Below, in pieces: positions 52,644 to 62,095 of a stretch of 64,000 nt of DNA (positions within the stretch are counted from its first letter, which is position 1; each line of letters starts with the position of its first letter). The stretch is from Shewanella sp. (GTDB lineage: Bacteria > Pseudomonadota > Gammaproteobacteria > Enterobacterales > Shewanellaceae): the NCBI RefSeq assembly GCF_047975355.1, contig NZ_JBKEDJ010000055.1, positions 7,760 through 71,759 of the forward strand, written 5' to 3'. Made by a program: the position numbers and the translations under genes. Under the pieces are notes generated by a model that ran no database searches, was not told the origin of the DNA, and saw nothing but the letters and a program-made list of their open reading frames with translations.

Positions 52644-53552
52644 TTAGCATCGCTGAACTTGGCTGTCTAATCCGGCAAATAAATCACTGAAATCCGTTTC
52701 TAATAAACGCTTCACCGCAGGATGTTGGATCATCCGTTCGGCAAACATCACATGGTATTCTTCTTTAACATCAAGAGTTTCGCCGAGTAAATGCATACCG
52801 TGGGAAATCACTTCTTGGGGATAAACCGACGGTGTAACAAAGATCCCACGTTTTAGGTAGCCAAAGGCCTTCATCATCGCCGCATCATCAAACTCGCCTA
52901 AGATGCTAACCTTAAGATTTTGCTCGTCGAACCAACGGTATAATTGTTGCCCAAGCGATGTTCTACGACCGGGGATCAGCAATTGTCCCTGCTCTAAACA
53001 AGCTGGGAAATCGGCGCTATAGGTTTCGGCAGAAAAAAAGCTCACGCCACATTCACCTAGTTTTTTCGACAAAATTTCTGGATATTTCAATGACTCACCC
53101 GCACAGTCAGAGAGGATCATATCCAATTTATGCTCACGTAAACGGGTCATTAAACTTTCGTGGGTCGCTTCATAACAAGCAAGATGCATGGAACCATCAT
53201 TTGGCACCACAGAGAGCAACACGCGACTCGCCAAGGCTTTAGACAAGGCATCGGCAATACCGACTTCAAATAAAATGGCATCATCTTTTTGATAATTCAG
53301 TAAATCGAGCATTTCATAACTGAGGGAAAACATCTTATCGGCGTAGCGAAACACCAGCTCTCCAAGTTCAGTCGCTTCTAAATTTCGTCCGACACGTTTG
53401 AATAAACTGCCGTTTAATCTGTCTTCTAGAGCGCGAATTTGCCCTGTAATGGTTTGTGGTGCCAAACAAAGGGCTTCTGCGGCCTTAGCCACTGAGCCCT
53501 TCTTCTTGATCATCCAGAAATAATAAAGATGGTTGTAATTAAGATGCAGCAT
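52644..53552 (-). CDS. nhaR: LysR-type transcriptional activator NhaR
   Basis: HLNYNHLYYFW, PQTITGQIRALE, GEFDDAAMMKAFG, ERMIQHPAV; start ATG 53552. Confidence 0.95.
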   Translation of the reverse strand: MLHLNYNHLYYFWMIKKKGSVAKAAEALCLAPQTITGQIRALEDRLNGSLFKRVGRNLEATELGELVFRYADKMFSLSYEMLDLLNYQKDDAILFEVGIADALSKALASRVLLSVVPNDGSMHLACYEATHESLMTRLREHKLDMILSDCAGESLKYPEILSKKLGECGVSFFSAETYSADFPACLEQGQLLIPGRRTSLGQQLYRWFDEQNLKVSILGEFDDAAMMKAFGYLKRGIFVTPSVYPQEVISHGMHLLGETLDVKEEYHVMFAERMIQHPAVKRLLETDFSDLFAGLDSQVQRC

Positions 53553-53647
53553 CGCCAATAAGCTTCCTATAAGGGATGCCACCCCCCTTAAGGCTGCGGC
53601 ATGTCGGATCGCAATGACTCAGCTTAACAAATGATGAGTCGATAGCG

Positions 53648-54034
53648 CTATTTTAAGCGCTGACAATCCAATAAGTTAATGACAATGCCTTGCAACTGTT
53701 CTAAATCTGCAGCCGTTCCAGTACTGACCGCTTCTGTTACCCCAGAGACTAAACTGTCTCTATCCGGAATACGGTTGGCACAATAAGTGCGATTCGCCTC
53801 TTGAAAACGTTTCCCGCCGCGGTACTTGAGTGCCCTAGACTCATAACCATTGGTTTCAAGCCGCGCGCCTAATGCCTCAGATTTAAACATTAACGCGCCA
53901 TCGACTATGCCCTCAAGATAACTTTGGCAGGTGAGTGATGCGACATCCTTGTTACATGCATCAATCTGTGAAGCCATAGCGCTTGAAGAAAGTGTTAATA
54001 GTGCTGCCATTCCTACTAATTTCATATTTATCAT
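53648..54034 (-). CDS. Small exported four-cysteine protein (Rap1a/Tai-like pattern)
   Basis: Signal peptide ending SSSAMA; C-x8-C-x2-YLEGIVDG...YC...DC; starts 2 bp after the nhaA stop. Confidence 0.7.
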   Translation of the reverse strand: MINMKLVGMAALLTLSSSAMASQIDACNKDVASLTCQSYLEGIVDGALMFKSEALGARLETNGYESRALKYRGGKRFQEANRTYCANRIPDRDSLVSGVTEAVSTGTAADLEQLQGIVINLLDCQRLK

Positions 54035-54036
54035 AG

Positions 54037-55206
54037 TTATACTCCTTTTTTAGGTAACACTTTTGATAACCAGAAATATCCAATCAAGGCCGCGAGAATC
54101 GAGCCTATCAAGGTGCCAAGGCGCGCTAAGTCGCCATACATAGGGTCTGCTTGCTCAAATGCCAACGAAGCAATAAACATAGACATAGTAAAACCAATAC
54201 CACACATTGCCGCCACAGGCGCAATTTGCTTCCAACCAATACCATCAGGCAATTGCGCTAACTTCAGTTTGACGGCCACGAAGCTAAACAGCATTACACC
54301 AATTGGCTTACCTAACATTAGTCCCAATGCAATCCCGACAGGTACAGGGGAGATCAATGTATCTAAGCTCATGTTTCCTAAAGCCACTCCCGCATTCGCA
54401 AAGGCAAATACTGGCAGGATAAGGAAAGTGCTCCAAGGGTGCAAACTATGCTCTAAGTGCTCCGAAGGTGAGCTGCCGTCTTTTGCACGCAGTGGAATAC
54501 AGAAGGCAATAATCACCCCGGCTAACGTCGCGTGTACACCAGACTTTAATACCGCCACCCACAGCACGAGTCCTAATACCCCATAGGGTGCTAATGCGGT
54601 CACACCTTTACGGTTTAAAGCCACTAAACCGACAATCGCAATGCTGGCAATAATCAGGCTAATGGTGGACAGATCGGTACTGTAGAAGAGTGCAATAATC
54701 ACAATTACACCCAAGTCATCGATGATGGCAAGCGCCAGCAGAAAGACCTTTAACGCCACTGGCACACGGCTGCCCAGCAATGCCATGATACCCAATGCAA
54801 AAGCGATATCTGTGGCCGCAGGAATGGCCCATCCGGCTTGTGTCACAGGATCGCCATAGTTAAATATTAGGTAGATACCTGCTGGTACTAACATACCACC
54901 AATCGCCGCAAAGGTTGGCAATGAAGCTTGGGCAACACTCGATAGGGCACCTTCCAACAATTCACGCTTGACCTCTAAACCAATCAGTAAGAAAAACAAT
55001 GCCATTAGGCCATCGTTAATCCATAACAACAGTGGTTTATGCAGATCGAGTGCACCAACACGGACTTGTACTTCAGTACTGAGAAATCCTTGATAGAGCC
55101 CCGCGAGAGGAGAATTAGCCATCAGCATGGCTAAGGCAACAGCAACCAATAACAGGATGCCGCCAGCCGATTCTTGGCTCAGAAAATTTCTAATTGCTTT
55201 TTCCAT
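54037..55206 (-). CDS. nhaA: Na+/H+ antiporter NhaA
   Basis: [48 protein letters not shown]; start ATG 55206 (GGAG RBS). Confidence 0.97.
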   Translation of the reverse strand: MEKAIRNFLSQESAGGILLLVAVALAMLMANSPLAGLYQGFLSTEVQVRVGALDLHKPLLLWINDGLMALFFLLIGLEVKRELLEGALSSVAQASLPTFAAIGGMLVPAGIYLIFNYGDPVTQAGWAIPAATDIAFALGIMALLGSRVPVALKVFLLALAIIDDLGVIVIIALFYSTDLSTISLIIASIAIVGLVALNRKGVTALAPYGVLGLVLWVAVLKSGVHATLAGVIIAFCIPLRAKDGSSPSEHLEHSLHPWSTFLILPVFAFANAGVALGNMSLDTLISPVPVGIALGLMLGKPIGVMLFSFVAVKLKLAQLPDGIGWKQIAPVAAMCGIGFTMSMFIASLAFEQADPMYGDLARLGTLIGSILAALIGYFWLSKVLPKKGV

Positions 55207-55265
55207 CTTGCACTCCAAAAAATCATAATGAACTGAGTGTAGACGAAGAAAAAGAACAAGTATAA

Positions 55266-55321
55266 TCGATAGTTTCGACAAAACACCTCGATAATACCGA
55301 GGTGTTAGTCGATTAATTCGC
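55266..55321. promoter_or_regulatory. Three phased LysR-type (T-N11-A) boxes upstream of nhaA, putative NhaR sites
   Basis: TCGATAGTTTCGA (55266), TCGATAATACCGA (55288), TCGATTAATTCGC (55309); spacing 22 and 21 bp. Confidence 0.65.
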
Positions 55322-55323
55322 CA

Positions 55324-56118
55324 TTAAACGGCGACAGGGGCTTTGATATGTGGGTGTGGATCGTAGTTGGTTAGCTCGAAATCTTCGAATTGATAACCGA
55401 AAATAGAGGCCGGCTTACGCAGGATAGTCATGGTAGGCAAAGATCTTGGCTCGCGGCTTAACTGCAATGCCGTTTGTTCCATATGGTTGGAGTACAAGTG
55501 GGTATCGCCGCCCGTCCACACAAAGTCACCCAAAGCTAAATCACATTGCTGTGCCACCATCATGGTCAGCAACGCATAACTGGCGATATTGAAAGGTAAG
55601 CCTAGGAACACATCACAGCTACGCTGGTACAGCTGACAGGATAATTTGCCATCGGCAACGTAGAATTGGAAAAAGGCATGACAAGGTGCCAACGCCATTT
55701 TATCCAGTTCACCCACGTTCCACGCCGAAACAATCAAACGACGTGAATCGGGTTGAGATTTGATTTGTGCAATCACCTGAGCAATTTGATCGATTGCATC
55801 ACCACTTTGGGTCGGCCAGCTGCGCCACTGTGCGCCATAAACTGGACCTAAATCACCATTTTCATCGGCCCACTCGTCCCAAATACTGACCTTATTATCA
55901 CGCAGATAAGCAATATTGGTATCGCCCTTCAAAAACCACAACAACTCATGGATAATCGAGCGCATGTGGCACTTTTTGGTGGTCACTAAGGGAAAGCCCT
56001 TACTCAAATCGAAACGCATTTGATAGCCGAATACCGAGCGAGTACCGGTACCAGTTCGGTCTGATTTATCCACACCTTCGGCTAAGATGTGCTTCATCAA
56101 GTCTAAATACTGCTGCAT
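55324..56118 (-). CDS. thyA: Thymidylate synthase
   Basis: [39 protein letters not shown]. Confidence 0.98.
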   Translation of the reverse strand: MQQYLDLMKHILAEGVDKSDRTGTGTRSVFGYQMRFDLSKGFPLVTTKKCHMRSIIHELLWFLKGDTNIAYLRDNKVSIWDEWADENGDLGPVYGAQWRSWPTQSGDAIDQIAQVIAQIKSQPDSRRLIVSAWNVGELDKMALAPCHAFFQFYVADGKLSCQLYQRSCDVFLGLPFNIASYALLTMMVAQQCDLALGDFVWTGGDTHLYSNHMEQTALQLSREPRSLPTMTILRKPASIFGYQFEDFELTNYDPHPHIKAPVAV

Positions 56119-56924
56119 TACTGCTTCCCCTCTGGACGAAGAATTAAATATAAACCGAAGAGGATCATCGGCACAGATAGGATCTGCCCCATAGTCATAA
56201 AGCCCCAGTAGAGACCTAACTGCGCATCAGGTTGCCTTACGGTTTCAACAATCACACGGAAAATCCCGTATCCGAGTAAGAACATGCCCGACACGGCGCC
56301 GACTTTCTTCGTTCGTTTACTGAACCAATAGAGGAGCAGGAATAAGGCCACCCCTTCAAGGGCGAATTGATAGAGTTGTGATGGGTGACGAGGTTCTGGT
56401 CCACCACTTGGGAACACCATGGCCCAAGGGACATCCGTGACACGGCCCCACAACTCACCATTGATAAAGTTACCGATCCGCCCCGCACCTAAGCCAATGG
56501 GCACCACGGGCGCCACCATATCTGCGACCGCAAAGAAGGTACGCTTTTGCTTCCAGGCGATATAAATCATGGCGGTAATCACCCCCATCAGACCACCGTG
56601 GAAAGACATGCCACCTTCTGAAATCTTAAACAAATACATTGGGCTAGCGAGGAAATAATCGAAATGATAGAAGAGCACATAGCCGATGCGACCACCTAAA
56701 ATCACCCCTAAAAAGCCATAAAACAGCAGATCAGAAACCTGTTCTCTCGTCCATAAACCATTGGAGCGGTCGGCCTGACGATTGAGTAACCACATGGCGG
56801 CGACAAAGCCAACTAAGTAAGTGAATCCATACCAACGTAGGGCGGGTTCGAAGGTTTGTCCGAAAATATCAAAGGGGCCAAACTTCACGATCACAGGATC
56901 GATATTAGGAAAATTTAATGCCAT
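56118..56924 (-). CDS. lgt: Prolipoprotein diacylglyceryl transferase
   Basis: [43 protein letters not shown]. Confidence 0.97.
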   Translation of the reverse strand: MALNFPNIDPVIVKFGPFDIFGQTFEPALRWYGFTYLVGFVAAMWLLNRQADRSNGLWTREQVSDLLFYGFLGVILGGRIGYVLFYHFDYFLASPMYLFKISEGGMSFHGGLMGVITAMIYIAWKQKRTFFAVADMVAPVVPIGLGAGRIGNFINGELWGRVTDVPWAMVFPSGGPEPRHPSQLYQFALEGVALFLLLYWFSKRTKKVGAVSGMFLLGYGIFRVIVETVRQPDAQLGLYWGFMTMGQILSVPMILFGLYLILRPEGKQ

Positions 56925-56968
56925 AACTTATCCATCAACAGCCTCAAATTGAGGGCTAAACACTAAAA

Positions 56969-57769
56969 TCAGCTCAGAATTAATTTGAGACCGACACACA
57001 GGAGTAAAAGTGCAAATATTTTTTTAAGGACTGAGGTAGGCCAAGTGCTTGCCGCCTTAACGCCTACAGGAGCCATTAAAATTGAGGTTATTATTAAGCC
57101 AAATAGCGCAGGTAAATAGATGTACCCTAAAGTTCCCTCCGGGAGATCCGGCGCATTAAAGCCCGCGATTATATACCCTAAGCTGCCCGACAAGGAGATT
57201 AATAATCCCGTCGCCGCGGAAAATCCCACAGCTAAGCGCATCTGCAAGCCAAAATAGGTTAAAAACGGCACTAATAAGACGCCACCGCCAATTCCCATTA
57301 ACCCTGCAATCGCGGCAACAATCACGGCTACCACAAACAAAATCGCCGAGTTAGGCAGTTTTCGGTTTGATTCGGCTTTAAAGGGATAGGCCATTTGAAT
57401 CGCCATTAACATCACAAACACTGCAAACCCTTGCCGGAGAGTCGCTGCTGGGATTTGTTCGGCAATAAAACCTGACATCAAGGCGCCGAGAAGAATCCCA
57501 GGCAACATGGTTCGAAACAGCCCCCATGGCACATTGCCACGTTTATGGTGCGCTCTGGCGGAGGAAATTGAAGTTAAAATAATCGCCGCAAGTGAAGTGG
57601 CAATCGCAATATGGGGTAACTGAGCGGAAGTGATGCCAACCGAAGGTAAGATGTAAAGCAGTGCGGGCACAACAATTAAACCACCACCGATGCCCAATAA
57701 CCCCGCCATAAAACCGACAAACGCGCCTAAAGCCAAGCAAATAAAGAACACCGACAGCAAACTATCCAC
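56969..57769 (-). CDS. TauE/SafE (DUF81) family membrane protein
   Basis: Duplicated AGL.GIGGG..VP motif, A.ATSLA, ~8 TM; GTG start. Confidence 0.88.
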   Translation of the reverse strand: MDSLLSVFFICLALGAFVGFMAGLLGIGGGLIVVPALLYILPSVGITSAQLPHIAIATSLAAIILTSISSARAHHKRGNVPWGLFRTMLPGILLGALMSGFIAEQIPAATLRQGFAVFVMLMAIQMAYPFKAESNRKLPNSAILFVVAVIVAAIAGLMGIGGGVLLVPFLTYFGLQMRLAVGFSAATGLLISLSGSLGYIIAGFNAPDLPEGTLGYIYLPALFGLIITSILMAPVGVKAASTWPTSVLKKIFALLLLCVGLKLILS

Positions 57770-57827
57770 ACGAGTACCTACAGCGTGATTAAGTGAAGCC
57801 TTAGCTTAAAGCAAAAGGCGCAATTAG

Positions 57828-60062
57828 TTAATTAAGAATTGTCTCCAATCCTTGCTGAGTTAAATATTCTTTAACCAACTCACGCACTTGGAAACCGTTC
57901 GACAGGCTTAAGGCCTGAGCTAACAGTTGTGTCAAATCGACGCGGGAAACTCGGCGCAGCAGATAATTAATCCGCGCTAAGCTGCCTTGGTTCATACTCA
58001 AATGGTTGTACCCCATCGCCACGAGTAGAATCGCTCCCATGGGCTCTCCGGCCAATTCGCCGCAAATACTGATATCGAGTTGATGATAATCACAATCGAG
58101 TCTTGCCTGATGTAACGCCCGTAAAATTCCCGGATGATAACTATCAAAGAGTGAACTTACCCTCGGATTATTACGGTCAACCGCGAGCAAATATTGGGTC
58201 AAATCGTTACTGCCGACCGACACAAAATCGACTCGCTTAGCCACTTCATCTAACTGATATAAGAGCGCAGGAACTTCGAGCATAATGCCAATGCGGGGCA
58301 TTTCAATCTGGCTGTTTACATCATTCTTGAGTTCAACATAGGCCTGTTCTAAATAGGCCAGTGATTGATCGATTTCATCTAAGTTACTGACCATTGGCAG
58401 CAAAATACTCAGCTGCTTACCCTCTCCACCCGCTTGCAACATGGCCCTTAACTGCACGAGGAACAGCTCAGGATGGTCCAGTGATAAGCGAATACCACGC
58501 CAACCGAGGAAGGGGTTATCTTCTTTGATCGGGAAATAAGGCAGCGGCTTATCGCCCCCCACATCTAAGGTACGCATCACCACCGGGCGACCCGAGGCCG
58601 CCGATAACACCTGTTGGTAGACTTTAACCTGCTCAGACTCACTAGGAAAACGCTGCTGTAGCATAAAGGGAATTTCGGTGCGATACAGCCCAATGCCATC
58701 GGCGCCTTCGGCGATTTCAGAGGCGACGCCACTGAGTAACCCAGCGTTAAGGTATAAACGAATACGAGCGCCATCGAGCATGACCGATGGCAGAGCTAAC
58801 TCTTGGGCGTACTGACGCTGCAGGGCCTTTTGCGCCGATATCAAACTGCGGTATTCGCTAACAATCGCGGGCGATGGCGACACCATTAACTGCCCACGGC
58901 TGGCATTGACTACCAATAGCTTTTGGTCAATATCGGCCGACAACAACTGCTCGACACCGGTAATCGCTGGCACGCCAAGTGCACGCGCTAAAATGGCAGC
59001 ATGGGAGTTTACCCCGCCAAGTTCTGTGACAATCCCCGCCAATTTCTGCCGAGGGAATTCGGCGAGCATGGTCGCATCGGCTTCCCGGGTCACTAAAATC
59101 ACCGGTTTATCAGGTTCAAGCTCTAAACGCTCGGGTTCAATTAACTGCCTTAATACTTTTTGCCCAAGATCGCGGATATCGCTCGCCCGCTCCTTCAGGT
59201 ACGGATCTTCCATCGCCAAAAACTGTTGAATATAACGCAGCGAAACCCGGCTGACCGCCGATTCAGCTTCCCACCCCTGCTGTACTTCGCGGGCATATTC
59301 TCCACCTAGACTGGCATCATCGAGCAGGAGCTGCAAAGCATTGAATATTGAGGCAACCTCCTCATCCTGCTCCCGGTCAAAACGTTGGGATAATGCGCCA
59401 ATCGCCTCTTTACAACGTCCCATCGCCGCCACTAATCGGCTGGATTCCAGGGCAATATCTTCGCAGCGCACATCCGGTTGTTCGAGGGAGATTTCCCCGC
59501 CCAGCACTAACGCATGAGCAATAGCAATACCGCTGGATGCGGATGTCCCTTGAAATAAAATCTGTTGATGCAGCGAACTGACCTGCGCCTTTTGTTTTAA
59601 TCCTCGGATCGCCATCGCGAGCTGCGCAGCTAAGGTCATTAAAAAGGCTTCTTCCCCTTCATTAAATTGCCGCGCACTGGCCTGCTGCACCACAATCACG
59701 CCCACCATGGCTTTTTGATAAATAATGGGGACGGCTAAAAAGGCACGGTATTCTTCTTCCGCGACCTCAGGGAAAAGTTTAAAACGCGGATGTAAACGAG
59801 CATCGGCTAAATTCACCGCCTCTTCACGCTCGGCGGCTAATCCTACGAGTCCTTGCGTTAAGGGCATGCGCACTCGACCGACAGCACTCTTCTCGAGGCC
59901 ATCGGTGGCTGATAATACGAGTTCTTGCTGATCTAGGATATAGACCGAGCAACATTGGGTTTCCATCGCCGCTTTGGTCGATGAAACTAGGACTTCTAAT
60001 GCGGTTTCTAAGCTGTGGGCGGAAGCCACGGCTTGAGTGATATCCCTGAGCGTATTTAACAC
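57828..60062 (-). CDS. ptsP: PTS-Ntr enzyme I (GAF + EI)
   Basis: N-terminal GAF, phospho-His NSHAAILAR, GLYRTE, RTLDVGGDK, NPFLGWRGIR, GSNDLTQY; start GTG 60062 or TTG 60071. Confidence 0.96.
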   Translation of the reverse strand: MLNTLRDITQAVASAHSLETALEVLVSSTKAAMETQCCSVYILDQQELVLSATDGLEKSAVGRVRMPLTQGLVGLAAEREEAVNLADARLHPRFKLFPEVAEEEYRAFLAVPIIYQKAMVGVIVVQQASARQFNEGEEAFLMTLAAQLAMAIRGLKQKAQVSSLHQQILFQGTSASSGIAIAHALVLGGEISLEQPDVRCEDIALESSRLVAAMGRCKEAIGALSQRFDREQDEEVASIFNALQLLLDDASLGGEYAREVQQGWEAESAVSRVSLRYIQQFLAMEDPYLKERASDIRDLGQKVLRQLIEPERLELEPDKPVILVTREADATMLAEFPRQKLAGIVTELGGVNSHAAILARALGVPAITGVEQLLSADIDQKLLVVNASRGQLMVSPSPAIVSEYRSLISAQKALQRQYAQELALPSVMLDGARIRLYLNAGLLSGVASEIAEGADGIGLYRTEIPFMLQQRFPSESEQVKVYQQVLSAASGRPVVMRTLDVGGDKPLPYFPIKEDNPFLGWRGIRLSLDHPELFLVQLRAMLQAGGEGKQLSILLPMVSNLDEIDQSLAYLEQAYVELKNDVNSQIEMPRIGIMLEVPALLYQLDEVAKRVDFVSVGSNDLTQYLLAVDRNNPRVSSLFDSYHPGILRALHQARLDCDYHQLDISICGELAGEPMGAILLVAMGYNHLSMNQGSLARINYLLRRVSRVDLTQLLAQALSLSNGFQVRELVKEYLTQQGLETILN

Positions 60063-60085
60063 TGTTTTCAATCCTCTTTTGAAAA

Positions 60086-60610
60086 TCAGCCCGTTGTCCT
60101 TTGTCTTCCCCGCTTCCTCGGAATTTCCTGGGTCTGGAATGACAATGCCGTTACCGCAAACTCTTTCATAACTTTACGATAAACATCACGCTTAAATGAG
60201 ACAACCTGCCGCACAGGATACCAATAACTTACCCAACGCCAATCGTCAAACTCAGGATGGCCCGAAGAACTTAAATTAATCGCACTATCTTGGCTTTTGA
60301 GTTGTAACAGAAACCACTTTTGTTTTTGGCCAATACAAACAGGCTTACTATCCTGCCTCACTAGTCTTTTAGGTAAACGATACCGCAACCAAGAACGGGT
60401 CGAGGTTAATATAGTGACGTGTTCAGGCCTTAAGCCAACTTCCTCATACAATTCACGGTACATTGCCTCTTCGGCCGACTCGCCATCATCGACACCGCCC
60501 TGAGGAAATTGCCATGAATGTTGTCCAAAACGTCTGGCCCACATAACTTGGCCGTATCTGTTACAAATTATTATGCCCACATTTGCGCGAAAGCCGTCGC
60601 TATCAATCAC
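60086..60610 (-). CDS. rppH: RNA pyrophosphohydrolase
   Basis: [19 protein letters not shown], Nudix box [16 protein letters not shown]. Confidence 0.97.
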   Translation of the reverse strand: MIDSDGFRANVGIIICNRYGQVMWARRFGQHSWQFPQGGVDDGESAEEAMYRELYEEVGLRPEHVTILTSTRSWLRYRLPKRLVRQDSKPVCIGQKQKWFLLQLKSQDSAINLSSSGHPEFDDWRWVSYWYPVRQVVSFKRDVYRKVMKEFAVTALSFQTQEIPRKRGRQRTTG

Positions 60611-60722
60611 ATGGACTCCAAATAAGGATAACTTTTAATAAACTGATTGTTTCACAAAGCCAGTCTCTCAGCAAACCTCTATTTACAGCTATTTTTTGGA
60701 TAAATACCTTCAACACACTACT

Positions 60723-61263
60723 TTATCAACAATTGAGAGATTAACCTCTTGGGGATATCCACATTTTCTGTGGATATCTCTGTTTGAAACTAGGGTAAAC
60801 TAGGTATATCGTTCAAAAAACATCAAATATCATTCTCGGCGACATGATTACATAATTAAAATAAAACACATACAATCATAATCTTATCAAAATAAAACTT
60901 TGAAACATGTCGTCAAAAACCATAAAAGCTTAATTTTTAACCTAATACAAATTCTGTTATTCTATCTGAGCATAACCTAAATGTTATACACAGAGCTCGC
61001 CCAAAATTACCCACAACCCCCTGGAAAAATGCCCCTTTTTACCATTGACTCGGTTTTTTTATTCGGTTAAGGCCCTAAGCATTGTGAGTTATCCATAATA
61101 TCTGTGGATAAATATGTGAGAAACGCAAGGGAAAGCCGAGAGTAACTTTGAACACTTTAGCAGGCATTGGAATGCAAACAGACAACTAACATTAAAATCA
61201 TGCACTTACAGAATCTTCTGTGAGTACAACCTTATCCTTTTTTGAGTGCTTAATTTTTAACCT
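60723..61263. promoter_or_regulatory. DARS2-like DnaA-reactivating locus built from two tandem modules
   Basis: DnaA-box cores at 60755-60789 and 61089-61123; extra boxes TTATCAACA 60723, TTATACACA 60984, TTACCCACA 61007; IHF-like sites at 60874 and 61196; Fis-consensus sites at 60928 and 61248; rppH-mutH position equals E. coli DARS2. Confidence 0.75.
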
Positions 61264-61300
61264 CTGTTGCTAAGCACCTATTTTCCAGTAAAATTCCCCT

Positions 61301-61972
61301 ATGAAACCTATTATCCCCCCTCAAAATCTGAGCGAAGTGCTCGAACGCGCCAATATAATGGCCGGCATATCTTTGGCTCAAATTGCAGCTAATAGAGGAA
61401 TTGCTGTCCCTAAGGATCTAAAGCGAGATAAAGGTTGGGTCGGACAACTGATTGAAATGGAGCTAGGCGCCACTGCGGGTTCAAAACCCGAGCAAGATTT
61501 TCTGCACCTCGGGGTAGAGTTAAAAACCATTCCCATCGATAGCAAGGGCAAACCACTGGAAACCACATACGTGTGTGTGGCGCCGCTAACCAATATCGAA
61601 GGTTTAACCTGGCAAGACAGCTTAGTGTGCCACAAGTTGCAACGCGTACTTTGGGTGCCCGTTGAGGGAGAGCGCCACATCCCTGTCGGTGAGCGTCGAA
61701 TCGGTACGCCCATACTGTGGGAACCCGACCTGCAAGAGCAGGCGATACTGCAGCAGGATTGGGAAGAAATTATGGAGTTAATTGCCCTAGGCAAGGTCGA
61801 AAAGCTCACCGCAAGGCACGGTGAAGTGCTGCAACTTCGTCCCAAAGCCGCCAATAGTAAGGCGTTGACGCAAAGCATTGCCGAAGACGGCAGCCAAAAA
61901 ATGACCAATCCTCGGGGTTTCTATTTAAAGACTGCTTTTACAGCAATGCTATTAAATAAGGTATTTGGTTAA
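61301..61972 (+). CDS. mutH: Mismatch repair endonuclease MutH
   Basis: [42 protein letters not shown]. Confidence 0.97.
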   Translation: MKPIIPPQNLSEVLERANIMAGISLAQIAANRGIAVPKDLKRDKGWVGQLIEMELGATAGSKPEQDFLHLGVELKTIPIDSKGKPLETTYVCVAPLTNIEGLTWQDSLVCHKLQRVLWVPVEGERHIPVGERRIGTPILWEPDLQEQAILQQDWEEIMELIALGKVEKLTARHGEVLQLRPKAANSKALTQSIAEDGSQKMTNPRGFYLKTAFTAMLLNKVFG

Positions 61973-61996
61973 ATTTTCGTAGCTATATAGCGTTGG

Positions 61997-62012
61997 ATTG
62001 ATCCAGATCACA
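61997..62012. promoter_or_regulatory. CRP/FNR-like site upstream of cyaC
   Basis: ATTGA-TCCAGA-TCACA (CRP consensus TGTGA-N6-TCACA) containing TTGAT-CCAG-ATCAC (FNR consensus TTGAT-N4-ATCAA). Confidence 0.55.
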
Positions 62013-62095
62013 AATATCACTGGCACTCTAGTGATGATTTTCTATAAACTACGGCATTCTGAAATATATGGCCGTATTCGGATACAAAACCCCTA

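Noticed and set aside
55207..55281. N-terminal extension of NhaA in the ORF track
   Set aside because: It overlaps the regulatory boxes; ATG 55206 has a GGAG RBS and gives the canonical length.
60611..61300. DnaA-box cluster as a replication origin (oriC)
   Set aside because: I found no GATC sites and no 13-mer DUE repeats, and the flanks are rppH and mutH rather than gidA/mioC; geometry and position fit DARS2.
61378..61908. 176-aa minus-strand ORF
   Set aside because: Entirely antisense to mutH with no recognisable features.
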